64,000 nt of DNA from Cyanophora paradoxa CCMP329 (lineage: Eukaryota > Plantae > Glaucophyta), in contig QPMI01000622.1 in NCBI GenBank assembly GCA_004431415.1, positions 1-64,000 on the forward strand, written 5' to 3'. The notes under the pieces are model-generated. The model was not told the DNA's origin. It ran no database searches and saw only the letters and a program-made list of their open reading frames with translations. This document shows, piece by piece, positions 63,601 through 64,000 of the stretch (position 1 is the stretch's first letter; every line of letters starts with the position of its first letter). Position numbers and translations under genes: made by a program.

Positions 63601-64000
63601 CAGGACGAGCTCGCCCCCGCCCGCTCCGTCTTCGCCGAGGGGGGCGGGGCGGGGACGGGCCGGCGGCTGCCGTCGGGGCCCTCGGCGCTGCCGCAGACGA
63701 CGGCGCGGATGATGGAGGGCGGGGAGGGCGCGGGGAAGCTCAAGACGATCATCCTGGAGCCGGACGGGCGGCGCGAGGTGCCGCACGCCGTCGAGGCCGT
63801 CGTGGGGCGGGACACGAAGATCTGCTTCTGCACGGTGTACCTGCCGACGCCGGACGGGCGGCGGAACCAGCCGATCGCGGAGCTGCCGATGGACCGGCTC
63901 GGGGTGTACGCCCTGCCGCGCTCGGCCGAGGGCCCCGGGGGCATGCTCGTGTGCGCCGTGCAGCCGCACCCGCTCGGCCTCGGCGCCCGCCTCGTCTCCG
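57656..64000 (+). CDS. VPS13: VPS13-family lipid transfer protein, 5' part (runs off the window)
   Basis: Chorein-N: MGILEYFISGAVNK|YASEFIG...LGILS|GEIKLNDIEIK...LPITL...VDVPWHSLMSKPVTVVVDGVYVV; NAEVEVRNIHIVFE, AVGITLGGL, RQWWAFAI; later NANLGAWEPVVEKW. Confidence 0.85.

Overview
Gene-dense, very GC-rich nuclear DNA of a eukaryotic microbe. The six-frame ORF track is mostly shadow ORFs, because real genes are cut by many short (about 45-90 nt) spliceosomal introns. By manual splicing I find about 23 protein-coding genes, mostly in tight head-to-head pairs. They are: a kinase fragment, a mitochondrial carrier, thioredoxin, an RCC1-repeat protein, mitochondrial L27, WDR12/Ytm1, an LMBR1-like protein, a divergent cyclophilin, a multi-EF-hand protein, AFG3/FtsH, an orphan, an SDR, CSE1/exportin-2, a [2Fe-2S]-TPR protein, a DDB1/SF3B3-family protein, a type I PRTase, an OCA/SIW14-like phosphatase, a GlcG-like protein, a small orphan, CatSper3, a TPR protein, PEX1 and the 5' part of VPS13. 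CatSper3 plus Phe-containing plastid-type leaders suggest a flagellated primary-plastid alga such as a glaucophyte (inference only). A young 3.9 kb non-autonomous LTR retroelement sits just behind AFG3. It has identical 352 bp LTRs and a GCGG target-site duplication, and carries an array of hairpins with a fixed loop but different stems. The most striking features concern gene architecture. (1) A sawtooth G/C strand skew is phased to splice sites and persists through synonymous codon choice inside long exons at roughly nucleosome scale. (2) Introns have C-rich 5' halves, G-rich 3' halves and no polypyrimidine tract. (3) About 40% of donors are GC in the genes counted. (4) Two candidate ATACG...GCAC (AT-AC) introns lack U12 signals. 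Exon boundaries were read by eye, and several frameshifts in G/C runs look like assembly errors.
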